In this document: piece by piece, positions 10,582 to 19,509 of the stretch
Position numbering within the stretch: the first letter of the stretch is position 1
Layout of the letters: each line of letters opens with the position of its first letter
Source: Candidatus Saccharimonadota bacterium
GTDB taxonomy: Bacteria; Bacteroidota; Bacteroidia; Flavobacteriales; Blattabacteriaceae
Reading direction: 5' to 3'
Length of the DNA stretch: 32,000 bases
Assembly: GCA_029851085.1 (NCBI GenBank)
Contig: CP100318.1
Location: forward strand, 30,001-62,000
The notes under the pieces: generated by a model
What the model was told of the DNA's origin: nothing
The model's database searches: none
What the model saw: the letters and a program-made list of their open reading frames with translations, nothing else
Translations under genes and position numbers: made by a program

Positions 10582-11973
10582 TCACATATTTATGCACATA
10601 TTATATGCATTATTTACTGCTTCAACAATAGATTCACTCATTGTAGGATGAGGATGAATAGTTTTAATAATATCATAATTTGTAGTTTCTAATTGTCGTG
10701 CAATTACAACTTCAGAAATTATTTCAGTAACTCCGTTACCAATCATATGACATCCTAATAATTCACCATATTTAGTATCAAATATTACTTTTACAAATCC
10801 TGTATGATTTCCATCAGCTACTGCTTTTCCTAAAGCATTAAAAAAGAATTTTCCTATTTTTATTTTATAACCTTTTTCTATTGCTTTTTTTTCTGTATAT
10901 CCTACAGATGCTATTTCTGGTATACAATAGGTACAATTTGGAATATTATTATAATTTAATGTATCTATTGGTAAATTTTTGATATGTTCTACGCAAGTAA
11001 TTCCTTCGTAAGAAGCTACATGAGCTAAAGCTGGACCTGGTATTACATCTCCTATTGCATAATAACCAGATATATTAGTTCTGTAATATTCATCAACAAT
11101 AATCCTACCATCTTTAGTAGTTTTAATACCAGTTTCTTCTAATCCAAGATTAGAAGTATTAGGAATAATACCAGCTGCAGATAAAATTATTTCTGTTTCT
11201 AAAATATGTTTTTTTCCAGATGTATTAATTACGTTAACTTTAATTTTATCATTAATATTAATATCATCAATATATGATGAAGTAAATATTTTAATACCAT
11301 TTTTTATAAAAATCAATTCTAATTCTTTAGATATATCTTCATCTTCTAATGGTAATATACGGGGTAAATATTCTAACATAATTACTTTAGTACCTAAAGA
11401 ATTGTAAAAATAAGCAAATTCTACACCAATTGCTCCAGCACCTACTATTATCATTGATTTAGGTAACTTCTCTAAAGTTAGAGCTTCTTTATAACCAATA
11501 ATTTTATTTTTATCTTGAGGTAAATTAGGTAATATTTTAGAACGTGCTCCAACAGCTATTATAATATGTGAAGCACTATATTCCATAATATTATTATTAA
11601 TATCAATTACATTTATTATTTTTCCAGGTTTGATTATAGCTTTACCAAAAATAATTTTTATATTGTTTTTTTTTATTAAAGAAGTTAAACCATTATTCAT
11701 TTTATTAATTATTGCTCTACTACGTGCAATAATTTTAGATAAATCAAATTGTATATTATCATTTGATAGACCATAATCTTTTGCATGTTTTAAATAATTA
11801 AATATTTTAGCACTTTGTAATAATGCTTTTGTAGGAATACATCCCCAATTAAGACAAATACCTCCTAAGTTTTCTTTTTCAATAATAGCAGTTTTTAACC
11901 CAAGTTGAGCTGCACGTATTGCAGCAACATAACCACCAGGTCCACTTCCTATTACAATTAGATCAAAATTCAT
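10582..11973 (-). CDS. lpdA: Dihydrolipoyl dehydrogenase (E3)
   Basis: 463 aa with FAD-binding GSGPGGYVAAIRAAQLG, redox disulfide CLNWGCIPTKAL and C-terminal HPHPTMSE. Confidence 0.92.
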   Translation of the reverse strand: MNFDLIVIGSGPGGYVAAIRAAQLGLKTAIIEKENLGGICLNWGCIPTKALLQSAKIFNYLKHAKDYGLSNDNIQFDLSKIIARSRAIINKMNNGLTSLIKKNNIKIIFGKAIIKPGKIINVIDINNNIMEYSASHIIIAVGARSKILPNLPQDKNKIIGYKEALTLEKLPKSMIIVGAGAIGVEFAYFYNSLGTKVIMLEYLPRILPLEDEDISKELELIFIKNGIKIFTSSYIDDININDKIKVNVINTSGKKHILETEIILSAAGIIPNTSNLGLEETGIKTTKDGRIIVDEYYRTNISGYYAIGDVIPGPALAHVASYEGITCVEHIKNLPIDTLNYNNIPNCTYCIPEIASVGYTEKKAIEKGYKIKIGKFFFNALGKAVADGNHTGFVKVIFDTKYGELLGCHMIGNGVTEIISEVVIARQLETTNYDIIKTIHPHPTMSESIVEAVNNAYNMCINM

Positions 11974-12010
11974 AATAAATATTTAATATTTGTTAGTTAT
12001 TGTATATATT

Positions 12011-12028
12011 ATATATATATATATATAT
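12011..12028. repeat. (AT)9 microsatellite in the lpdA / RRM-protein divergent intergenic region
   Basis: Read directly as atatatatatatatatat, flanked by further imperfect TA repeats. Confidence 0.9.
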
Positions 12029-12078
12029 TAATTACAAAAATAAATTATATATTATAACAAAAATAAATTATATAAATT

Positions 12079-12330
12079 ATGAAATTGTACGTAGGTAATC
12101 TTCCCTATAAAGCATCAGAACAAGAAATAAAAAAATATTTTGAGTCTGTAGGAGAAGTAAATAGTGCAAAAATAATAACAGATAAATATAAAACTAGAAG
12201 CAAAGGTTTTGGTTTTATTGAAATGTCAAGTGAAGAAGCTGCTAAAAAAGCCATAAAAAAACTTAATGGAACACAATTTATGGGAAGAAATATAGTAGTA
12301 TCTGAAGCTAAACCTAAAAATGTCAATTAA
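12079..12330 (+). CDS. RRM-domain RNA-binding protein
   Basis: 83 aa with RNP-2 LYVGNL and RNP-1 KGFGFIEM. The layout is that of a single-RRM bacterial Rbp. Confidence 0.88.
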   Translation: MKLYVGNLPYKASEQEIKKYFESVGEVNSAKIITDKYKTRSKGFGFIEMSSEEAAKKAIKKLNGTQFMGRNIVVSEAKPKNVN

Positions 12331-13213
12331 TTTCCATGGTACAGGAGTGGCATTAGTTACTCCTTTTGATGAAAAAAAATCTATTGATTTTCATAATTTG
12401 GAAAAATTAATAAATTATGTAAATGAAAATGGAGTTGATTATTTAGTAATTTTAGGTACTACCGGAGAGTCAACTTCCTTAAATAAGGAAGAAAAAAATA
12501 AAGTAATTAAATTTGTAAAATCAGTTAATAATAATAATAAACCAATGATTTTAGGAATTGGAGGAAATAATACTGATATGGTAATTAAACAAATTAAACA
12601 AACTGATTTATATGATTTTCAAGCAATTCTGTCGGTAGTTCCCTATTATAATCGTCCAACACAAGAAGGAATATATAAACATTTTAAGACAATTGCTGAA
12701 AATACAGATGCAAATATAATTATATATAATGTTCCATGTAGAACATCTTCAAACATATTACCTGAAACTGTTTTGCGATTAGCTAATGAATTTGATAATA
12801 TTATTGGAATTAAAGAATCATCTGGAAATTTGATACAAATATTAAAAATAATAAAACATAAACCAAAAGATTTTTATGTAATATCAGGAGATGATTCATT
12901 AGTATTACCTATAATTTTTAGTGGAGGTGATGGAATTATATCGGTATTAGCTCAAGGTTTTCCAAAACATTTTTCAAATATGGTAGATCTTGCAATTAAA
13001 AATAATATGAAAGAATCATGGTCAATTTTCTATGAATTGGAAGATATGATAGAACTTATTTTTGAAGAAGGAAATCCTACAGGTATTAAAACATTGCTTA
13101 AAATTATAGGAATATGTAAACCTTATGTTAGATTACCATTAGTAGAAGGAACAAAAAAATTATATCAAAAAATTCTTTCATCATATGAAAGAATAATAAA
13201 CACTTTAAAATAA
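12320..13213 (+). CDS. dapA: 4-hydroxy-tetrahydrodipicolinate synthase
   Basis: 297 aa with GTGVALVTPF, LGTTGES, YNVPCRTS and GIKES (catalytic Lys region). Confidence 0.95.
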   Translation: MSINFHGTGVALVTPFDEKKSIDFHNLEKLINYVNENGVDYLVILGTTGESTSLNKEEKNKVIKFVKSVNNNNKPMILGIGGNNTDMVIKQIKQTDLYDFQAILSVVPYYNRPTQEGIYKHFKTIAENTDANIIIYNVPCRTSSNILPETVLRLANEFDNIIGIKESSGNLIQILKIIKHKPKDFYVISGDDSLVLPIIFSGGDGIISVLAQGFPKHFSNMVDLAIKNNMKESWSIFYELEDMIELIFEEGNPTGIKTLLKIIGICKPYVRLPLVEGTKKLYQKILSSYERIINTLK

Positions 13214-14073
13214 TGATAAAATATATTATATATATTTTATTATGTACATATTTATTTACGTCATGTAATAATTTAGATATAGATAATTTATCTAAAAAAA
13301 CAAAAGATGAATTAAATAATTCATTAAAATTTTTAGATTTATCTAAAAAAGAGAATATAAATTTTATTTTAAATAAGGAAAATAAAAAAACAAAAGATGA
13401 ATTAAATAATTCATTAAAATTTTTAGATTTATCTAAAAAAGAGAATATAAATTTTCTTTTAAATAAGGCCAATCTATTATACAATAATAAAAAATATGAT
13501 GAAGCTATAAAGTTATATACGTATTTACATATTGATAATATTTATATTCTATATAAAATAGCTTTGGCTAATTTTAAAAATAAAAATTATAATAAAGCAG
13601 TCTTACAGTTTAATAATTTTTTTGAATTATATAATAACAATAAATTAGTTAAAAGTTTAGCTGAAAAAGCATTATTAATGTCAGGATATTGTTATTATTT
13701 ATTATCACCTGATTATTATTTAGATCAAAAAAATACATATAATGCTATTTACCTATTTAAAAAATTTAAAAATTATTATCCTAATAATAAATATATAAAT
13801 ATGGTTAATACATTACTTGTAAAATTAAATAACAAAATTGAAATAAAAAAATTTAATTTAGCAAAATATTATTATGATTTATCTTATTATAAATCAGCTA
13901 TAATTTTTTTTAAAAATTTTATTAATGATTTTCCTAATTCTTTGTTAAAAGAAAAAGCTTTTTTTTATATGTTAAAATCTCAATATAAATTATATAATTA
14001 TAATCAATTAGAAAAATTGTATAATAATTTTATAGAAGAATTTATAAAAATTCTAAGTTATGAAAATATATGA
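13213..14073 (+). CDS. bamD: TPR-like outer-membrane lipoprotein, BamD(YfiO)-like
   Basis: Lipoprotein signal with lipobox (MIKYIIYILLCTYLFTSC). Contains TPR-like helices (YNNKKYDEAIKLY, YKIALANFKNKNYNKAVLQF, KYYYDLSYYKSAIIFFKNF). It is followed by an omega-like gene, as in Flavobacteriia. Carries an internal 30-aa duplication. Confidence 0.6.
   Translation: MIKYIIYILLCTYLFTSCNNLDIDNLSKKTKDELNNSLKFLDLSKKENINFILNKENKKTKDELNNSLKFLDLSKKENINFLLNKANLLYNNKKYDEAIKLYTYLHIDNIYILYKIALANFKNKNYNKAVLQFNNFFELYNNNKLVKSLAEKALLMSGYCYYLLSPDYYLDQKNTYNAIYLFKKFKNYYPNNKYINMVNTLLVKLNNKIEIKKFNLAKYYYDLSYYKSAIIFFKNFINDFPNSLLKEKAFFYMLKSQYKLYNYNQLEKLYNNFIEEFIKILSYENI
13294..13468 (+). repeat. 90-bp (30-codon) in-frame tandem duplication inside the BamD-like gene
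   Basis: Copy A runs 13294-13378 and copy B 13384-13468. I see one mismatch (13366 a versus 13456 c; Ile to Leu). Protein: KKTKDELNNSLKFLDLSKKENINF[I/L]LNK twice. Confidence 0.95.
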
Positions 14074-14371
14074 AAAAAAGGCTCCTAAAACAACTGTAAC
14101 GATTGATAGATATGAATTAGAAAAATGTGGAGAAAATATATTTTTTATAATAAATATTTTAAATAAAAGAGCTGATAAAATAAATAATATGATAAAGACA
14201 GAGTTAGATAAAAATTTAGAAAAGTTTAATTTTTTTGAAAAAATAAATGATTTATTTGAAAAAAAGGAAATAATTGAAATTTCAAAATTTTTTGAAAAAC
14301 TCCCTAAACCTACTTCTATTGCAATACAAGAATTTTTAGATGGAGAATTATTGTATTATAAAAACCAATGA
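14060..14371 (+). CDS. rpoZ: Bacteroidetes-type RNA polymerase omega-like protein (Rpb6/RpoZ family)
   Basis: 103 aa. SKFFEKLPKPTSIAIQEFLDG and NKRADKINNMIK resemble flavobacterial omega as I recall it, and the gene sits right after the bamD-like gene. This rests on recollection, not a search. Confidence 0.55.
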   Translation: MKIYEKKAPKTTVTIDRYELEKCGENIFFIINILNKRADKINNMIKTELDKNLEKFNFFEKINDLFEKKEIIEISKFFEKLPKPTSIAIQEFLDGELLYYKNQ

Positions 14372-14375
14372 TATG

Positions 14376-14448
14376 TGACCCGGCTGGGATTCGAACCCAG
14401 GACCCTTACATTAAAAGTGTAATGCTCTACCAACTGAGCTACCAGGTC
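14376..14448 (-). tRNA. tRNA-Lys (anticodon UUU)
   Basis: The reverse complement folds as a cloverleaf: acceptor GACCTGG/CCGGGTC, D arm GCTC-AGTTGGTA-GAGC, anticodon arm TTACA-CTTTTAA-TGTAA and T arm CTGGG-TTCGAAT-CCCAG. CCA is not encoded. Confidence 0.92.
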
Positions 14449-14492
14449 ATTTACTAATATAAAATTTTTTGAATAAAAATTGTTTATAACTA

Positions 14493-15801
14493 ATGTTATT
14501 TAATTATAAAAAACAAAAATTAATAAGTAATTTGTTACTTAAAAAAAAAAATTTTAGTAGCAGTTAGTGGAGGTGTAGATAGTATGGTTCTTCTACACGT
14601 ATTATACAATTTAGGAGTTTCGATAAAGGTAGCTCATTGCAATTTTAAACTTAGAGGAAAAGAATCAGATGAAGATGAGAGGTTTGTACATAGATTTTGT
14701 TTAAAACAAAAAATTGATTTTTATAGTAAATCATTTGATACTAATAAATATTCTATATCCAATAAACTATCTATTCAAATGGCTGCTCGTAAACTTAGGT
14801 ATGATTGGTTTGAAAAATTACTTCTAATGTTAGAATATAATTATGTAGCTATAGGACATCATTTAAATGATTCTATAGAAACATTTTTTATTAATCTTAT
14901 TAGAGGAACAGGAAAAAAGGGTTTATTAGGTATTTCAGAAATTAATGGTAAAATTATTCGTCCTATTTTATCTTTTACTAAAGAAGATATATTGAAATAT
15001 GCAAAAGAAAATAAAATAGAATGGCGTGAGGATAGTAGTAATAAAAGTATTAAATATTTACGTAATAATATTCGGAAACATATAGAACCTTTTAAAAATA
15101 TACCTAATTTTTATAATGGATTTAGAAAAACTATTCATAATTTATCATATGAATATTTGGTGTTAGAAAACCAATTAAAAATTGTTATTAAAAATATTAC
15201 TATAAAAAAATCTATAAATCCATTTATTTGGAAAATAAATTCTGAAATATTAAGTTCATTAGAACCAATAATTATTAATTTATTGTTTTTACCTTATGGT
15301 TTTAAAAATTTAAAAGATTTAATACGATTTTTAAACACACAATCAGGAAAACAATTGTTTTCAAAACATTATCGTTTAATTAAAGATAGAAATTGTATTA
15401 TATTAACAAAGAAATATTTAATAAATAAAAAAGTTTATAATATATTTGATTTATCTACTATTAGTGATCCTATTTATATGTCATTTTCAATTTCTATTAA
15501 AATAGATAAATTGGCTACAGCATCAGTAGATTTAGATATGCTTAAATTTCCTCTTAAATTAAGAATTTGGAAAAAAGGTGATTATTTTTATCCATTAGGA
15601 ATGCATAACAAGAAAAAAATAAGTAAATATTTAAAAGATGAAAAATTATCTCTTTTGGAAAAAGAAAAAATTTATTTATTGGTTAATTCAACAGAAGAGA
15701 TTATTTTGGTTTTAGGAAAACGTTTAGATGATAGATTTAAAGTTACTAATAATACAAAAAATGTATTAAATATAAATATTAATAATTATGAATGTTGGTA
15801 A
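14493..15801 (+). CDS. tilS: tRNA(Ile)-lysidine synthase TilS, frame-disrupted at an A11 tract (or using a non-ATG start)
   Basis: The PP-loop motif SGGVDS (14566-14583) lies upstream of the first in-frame ATG (14584), and that frame is closed by TAA at 14524. ATG at 14493 opens another frame (MLFNYKKQKLISNLLLKKK...). It joins the PP-loop frame if the A11 run (14541-14551) is read as A10, giving ...LLLKKKILVAVSGGVDSMVLL. Confidence 0.8.
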
Positions 15802-16438
15802 TTTATTTAAAATAAAATCAAATATTCCTTCATACGTAAAAATTATAGCTGTATCTAAAAATAAACCAATTTCTAAAATAAAAGAAATTTATGATGCTGG
15901 ACAACGTGATTTTGGTGAAAATTATATTAATGAACTTGTTGAAAAACATAAATCTCTTCCTAAAGATATTCGTTGGCATATGATTGGTAAATTACAAAGT
16001 AATAAAATAAAATATATAGGTAATTTTGTTTATTTAGTGCATAGTATAGAAAAAATAAAACATCTTAAAATACTTAATAAAGAAGCTATAAAACATAATA
16101 GAGTTATTCAATGTTTACTTCAAATAAAAATTGCTGAAGAAAAAAAAAAATCTGGTATTACATATTTAGAAGCTATTCAAATATTAAAATCTGATATTTA
16201 CTTAAACATGAAAAACGTTAAAATTATAGGTTTAATGGGTATTGCTACTTTTAGTCAAAATAAAAACAAAATTTCTGATGAATTTAAATATTTGTATCAA
16301 ATATTTAATATTTTTAAAGAAAAAAATAATGAATTTAATATTATTTCTATGGGTATGAGTAATGATTATAACATTGCAATAAAATGTGGAAGTAATATGA
16401 TTCGTATAGGAAATGCTATTTTTGGTTTTAGAAATTAA
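15788..16438 (+). CDS. yggS: YggS-family pyridoxal-phosphate homeostasis protein
   Basis: 216 aa with AVSKNKP (PLP Lys), FGENY, WHMIGKLQSNK and MGMSNDY. Confidence 0.88.
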   Translation: MNVGNLFKIKSNIPSYVKIIAVSKNKPISKIKEIYDAGQRDFGENYINELVEKHKSLPKDIRWHMIGKLQSNKIKYIGNFVYLVHSIEKIKHLKILNKEAIKHNRVIQCLLQIKIAEEKKKSGITYLEAIQILKSDIYLNMKNVKIIGLMGIATFSQNKNKISDEFKYLYQIFNIFKEKNNEFNIISMGMSNDYNIAIKCGSNMIRIGNAIFGFRN

Positions 16439-16443
16439 CAAAT

Positions 16444-17388
16444 ATGATAAAATATCCACGTATTGTATTTATAGGTACTACAGATTTTGCAGTAAAATCT
16501 TTAAAAAAATTAATAGAATTAAACTATTTAATATCATTAGTTATAACAATTCCAGATAAATTTTATAAAAATAAATTAATTGAATCAGCTGTTAAAAAAA
16601 TTGCATTATTATACAGATTACCTATTCTTCAACCAAAAAATCTTAAAGATCAAACGTTTTTAAATGAATTAAAATCATATAAAGCAGATTTACAAATTGT
16701 TGTAGATTTTCGAATGTTACCAAAAAAAGTATGGTCTTTACCTATTTTGGGTACTTTTAATCTACATGCATCATTGCTACCTCAGTATCGTGGTGCAGCA
16801 CCTATACAATGGGCGATTATTAATGGAGAAACTGAAACTGGATTAACTACTTTTTTTTTAGATGATAAAATTGATACAGGACATATTCTTTTACAAAAAA
16901 AAATTACAATAGGAATAAAAGAAACTGCTGGAAATTTATCTAATCGTATGGCATATATTGGTGCTGATCTAGTTATAGAAACTGTAAAAGGACTTGTAAA
17001 TAAAAATATAAAATCGATACCTCAACCTAAATGCAAAAATTTAAAAATTGCTCCAAAAATATATAGAAAAGATTGTCGTATTGATTGGAATCTTTCTATA
17101 GATTTTATTTTTAATAAAATACGTGGTTTTAGTCCTTATCCTGCTGCATGGACTTTATTATATTTAGATGAATATCCTTTACAATTTAAAATTTATCGTT
17201 CTGATATTATAAAACAAATACATAATAAATATATTAAAGAAATAATTATAACTAAGTCATCGATAAATATAGCTGTAAAAAATGGCTATATTCTAATTCT
17301 AGAAGGACAAATAGAAGGGAGACGAAAAATGTGTGCAATAGATATTATAAATGGAATAAAAAATAAAAAAAAATTATATATTGAATAA
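16444..17388 (+). CDS. fmt: Methionyl-tRNA formyltransferase
   Basis: 314 aa with RIVFIGTTDFAV and NLHASLLPQYRGAAPIQWAIINGETETG. Confidence 0.95.
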   Translation: MIKYPRIVFIGTTDFAVKSLKKLIELNYLISLVITIPDKFYKNKLIESAVKKIALLYRLPILQPKNLKDQTFLNELKSYKADLQIVVDFRMLPKKVWSLPILGTFNLHASLLPQYRGAAPIQWAIINGETETGLTTFFLDDKIDTGHILLQKKITIGIKETAGNLSNRMAYIGADLVIETVKGLVNKNIKSIPQPKCKNLKIAPKIYRKDCRIDWNLSIDFIFNKIRGFSPYPAAWTLLYLDEYPLQFKIYRSDIIKQIHNKYIKEIIITKSSINIAVKNGYILILEGQIEGRRKMCAIDIINGIKNKKKLYIE

Positions 17389-17405
17389 TATTATTTATCA
17401 TAATT

Positions 17406-17681
17406 ATGAATAAAACTGAATTAATAGATATTATTTCTGCAAAAACTGGATTTACAAAAGTTATTATTAAAAATATTATTGAAGCATTTATTTCTAGTGT
17501 TAAAGATACTTTATGCAAAGGAGAACGAATAAGTTTAATTGGTTTTATTACACTTTTTGTTGTAGAACGAAATGCAAGAAATGCTATAAATCCTAGAACA
17601 AAAGTTAAAATTTATATTCCTAAGAAAAAAGTTGTTAAAGTTAAAATAGGAACTGAATTAAATAATTTAATAAATAAATAA
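17406..17681 (+). CDS. hup: HU-family DNA-binding protein
   Basis: 91 aa. MNKTELIDIISAKTGFTK ... RNARNAINPRTKVKIYIPKKKVVKVKIG shows the HU/IHF fold signature. Confidence 0.9.
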   Translation: MNKTELIDIISAKTGFTKVIIKNIIEAFISSVKDTLCKGERISLIGFITLFVVERNARNAINPRTKVKIYIPKKKVVKVKIGTELNNLINK

Positions 17682-17683
17682 AA

Positions 17684-18745
17684 TTATTTTTTTAGTTTTT
17701 CTGCATTATAAGCTATTTTAATAGCATCAATCATTTCTTTAATATTACCACTCATAAATGAGTCTAAATTATATATTGATTTATTTATTCTATGATCTGT
17801 AACTCTATCTTGAATATAATTGTAAGTTCGTATTTTGTATGATCTGTCACCTGTATTTATTAAATATTTTCTTTCATTAGATCGTTCTTTTATTTTTTTG
17901 TTAAGTTGCATTTGATAAACTCTAGAGTATAATATTGTCATAGCTTTTTCCAAATTTTTATGTTGTGAACGTTGATCCTGACATTCTGCTACTATACCAC
18001 TAGGTATATGAGTTAAACGCACTGCAGATTCTGTTTTATTTACATGTTGTCCACCTGCTCCACTAGATCTAAAAGTATCTCTTTTTATTTCTGTTGGATT
18101 AATTTCAAAATCAATTTTTTTTATTTCAGGTAAAACTACTACAGTAACAGTAGATGTATGTACACGTCCTTGAGATTCAGTTTTAGGAATTCTTTGTACT
18201 CTGTGTACACCTGATTCAAATTTTAATGTTCCATAAACTCCATTTCCATATACACCTAAAATAACCTCTTTATATCCTTTTATAGATGATTTTTGTAAAT
18301 TAAGTATTTCACTAATCCAACCAATATATTTAAAATACATTGTATACATTCTAAAAATATCTTCTACAAATATACATGCTTCATCGCCTCCCGTTCCAGC
18401 ACGTAATTCCAAAATTACGTTTTTATCATCTTTAGAAGATTTAGGATATAATAAATGTTTAATTTGTTTTTCAATATTAGATAATGCTATTAAAGCATCA
18501 TTTTTTTCAGATTTAGCTATTTCTTTTATTTCTATATCTTCTGACATTGACGATAATATTTTATTAGCTTCATATATAATATTTTTTTTATTTTTATAAG
18601 TTTGATAAACTTTTATTATTTTTTCTAATTCTTTATATTTTCTGTATTTTTCTTTATCATATATTATAGTATTGTTAATTATCTTAGATAATTCATAAAA
18701 TTTTTTTTGAATATCTTGTAATTTTTCTATTAAAAATGTTTCCAT
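17684..18745 (-). CDS. prfA: Peptide chain release factor 1
   Basis: 353 aa with the RF1-type tripeptide region RIPKTESQGRVHTS (PxT) and the GGQ motif SGAGGQHVNKTESAVR. Confidence 0.95.
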   Translation of the reverse strand: METFLIEKLQDIQKKFYELSKIINNTIIYDKEKYRKYKELEKIIKVYQTYKNKKNIIYEANKILSSMSEDIEIKEIAKSEKNDALIALSNIEKQIKHLLYPKSSKDDKNVILELRAGTGGDEACIFVEDIFRMYTMYFKYIGWISEILNLQKSSIKGYKEVILGVYGNGVYGTLKFESGVHRVQRIPKTESQGRVHTSTVTVVVLPEIKKIDFEINPTEIKRDTFRSSGAGGQHVNKTESAVRLTHIPSGIVAECQDQRSQHKNLEKAMTILYSRVYQMQLNKKIKERSNERKYLINTGDRSYKIRTYNYIQDRVTDHRINKSIYNLDSFMSGNIKEMIDAIKIAYNAEKLKK

Positions 18746-18788
18746 TAAATTAATTTAATAATTATTATATTAAAGAATATTTTTAACT

Positions 18789-18814
18789 AAAACTGTTTTA
18801 AAAAACAGGTTTTT
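18789..18814 (+). promoter_or_regulatory. Bulged A/T hairpin plus T-run, one per 86-bp unit (first of nine; add 86 n for the others)
   Basis: In aaaaCTGTTTtaaaAAACAGgtttt, CTGTTT pairs with AAACAG, and the flanking AAAA/TTTT pair across a G bulge. It ends 8 nt before the ATG in each unit. It is terminator-like in both orientations but very A/T-rich and therefore weak. Confidence 0.4.
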
Positions 18815-18821
18815 AATATCA

Positions 18822-18839
18822 ATGTTTACAATAAATTAA
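18822..18839 (+). other. Decoy mini-ORF ATG TTT ACA ATA AAT TAA (MFTIN*), first of eight at 86-bp spacing
   Basis: ATGs fall at 18822, 18908, 18994, 19080, 19166, 19252, 19338 and 19424. The ninth in-phase ATG (19510) is the real rho start (MFNINELK...). Translation is not demonstrated. Confidence 0.4.
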
Positions 18840-19509
18840 TTTAATAATTATTATATTAAAGAATATTTTTAACTAAAACTGTTTTAAAAAACAGGTTTTT
18901 AATATCAATGTTTACAATAAATTAATTTAATAATTATTATATTAAAGAATATTTTTAACTAAAACTGTTTTAAAAAACAGGTTTTTAATATCAATGTTTA
19001 CAATAAATTAATTTAATAATTATTATATTAAAGAATATTTTTAACTAAAACTGTTTTAAAAAACAGGTTTTTAATATCAATGTTTACAATAAATTAATTT
19101 AATAATTATTATATTAAAGAATATTTTTAACTAAAACTGTTTTAAAAAACAGGTTTTTAATATCAATGTTTACAATAAATTAATTTAATAATTATTATAT
19201 TAAAGAATATTTTTAACTAAAACTGTTTTAAAAAACAGGTTTTTAATATCAATGTTTACAATAAATTAATTTAATAATTATTATATTAAAGAATATTTTT
19301 AACTAAAACTGTTTTAAAAAACAGGTTTTTAATATCAATGTTTACAATAAATTAATTTAATAATTATTATATTAAAGAATATTTTTAACTAAAACTGTTT
19401 TAAAAAACAGGTTTTTAATATCAATGTTTACAATAAATTAATTTAATAATTATTATATTAAAGAATATTTTTAACTAAAACTGTTTTAAAAAACAGGTTT
19501 TTAATATCA

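Noticed and set aside
12105-12326. 73-aa minus-strand ORF
   Set aside because: It is entirely antisense to the well-supported RRM protein gene and has no motifs.
13128-13484. 118-aa minus-strand ORF with an internal repeat
   Set aside because: It lies antisense to the dapA 3' end and the bamD-like gene. Its repeat is just the reverse complement of the 90-bp duplication. It is a shadow ORF.
16232-16459. 75-aa minus-strand ORF; likewise 20118-20360 (-), 24252-24455 (+), 24990-25190 (+) and 29146-29337 (+)
   Set aside because: Each is nested antisense within a confidently identified gene (yggS/fmt, rho, nnr, nnr and ccsBA respectively). Each has a low-complexity composition typical of shadow frames.
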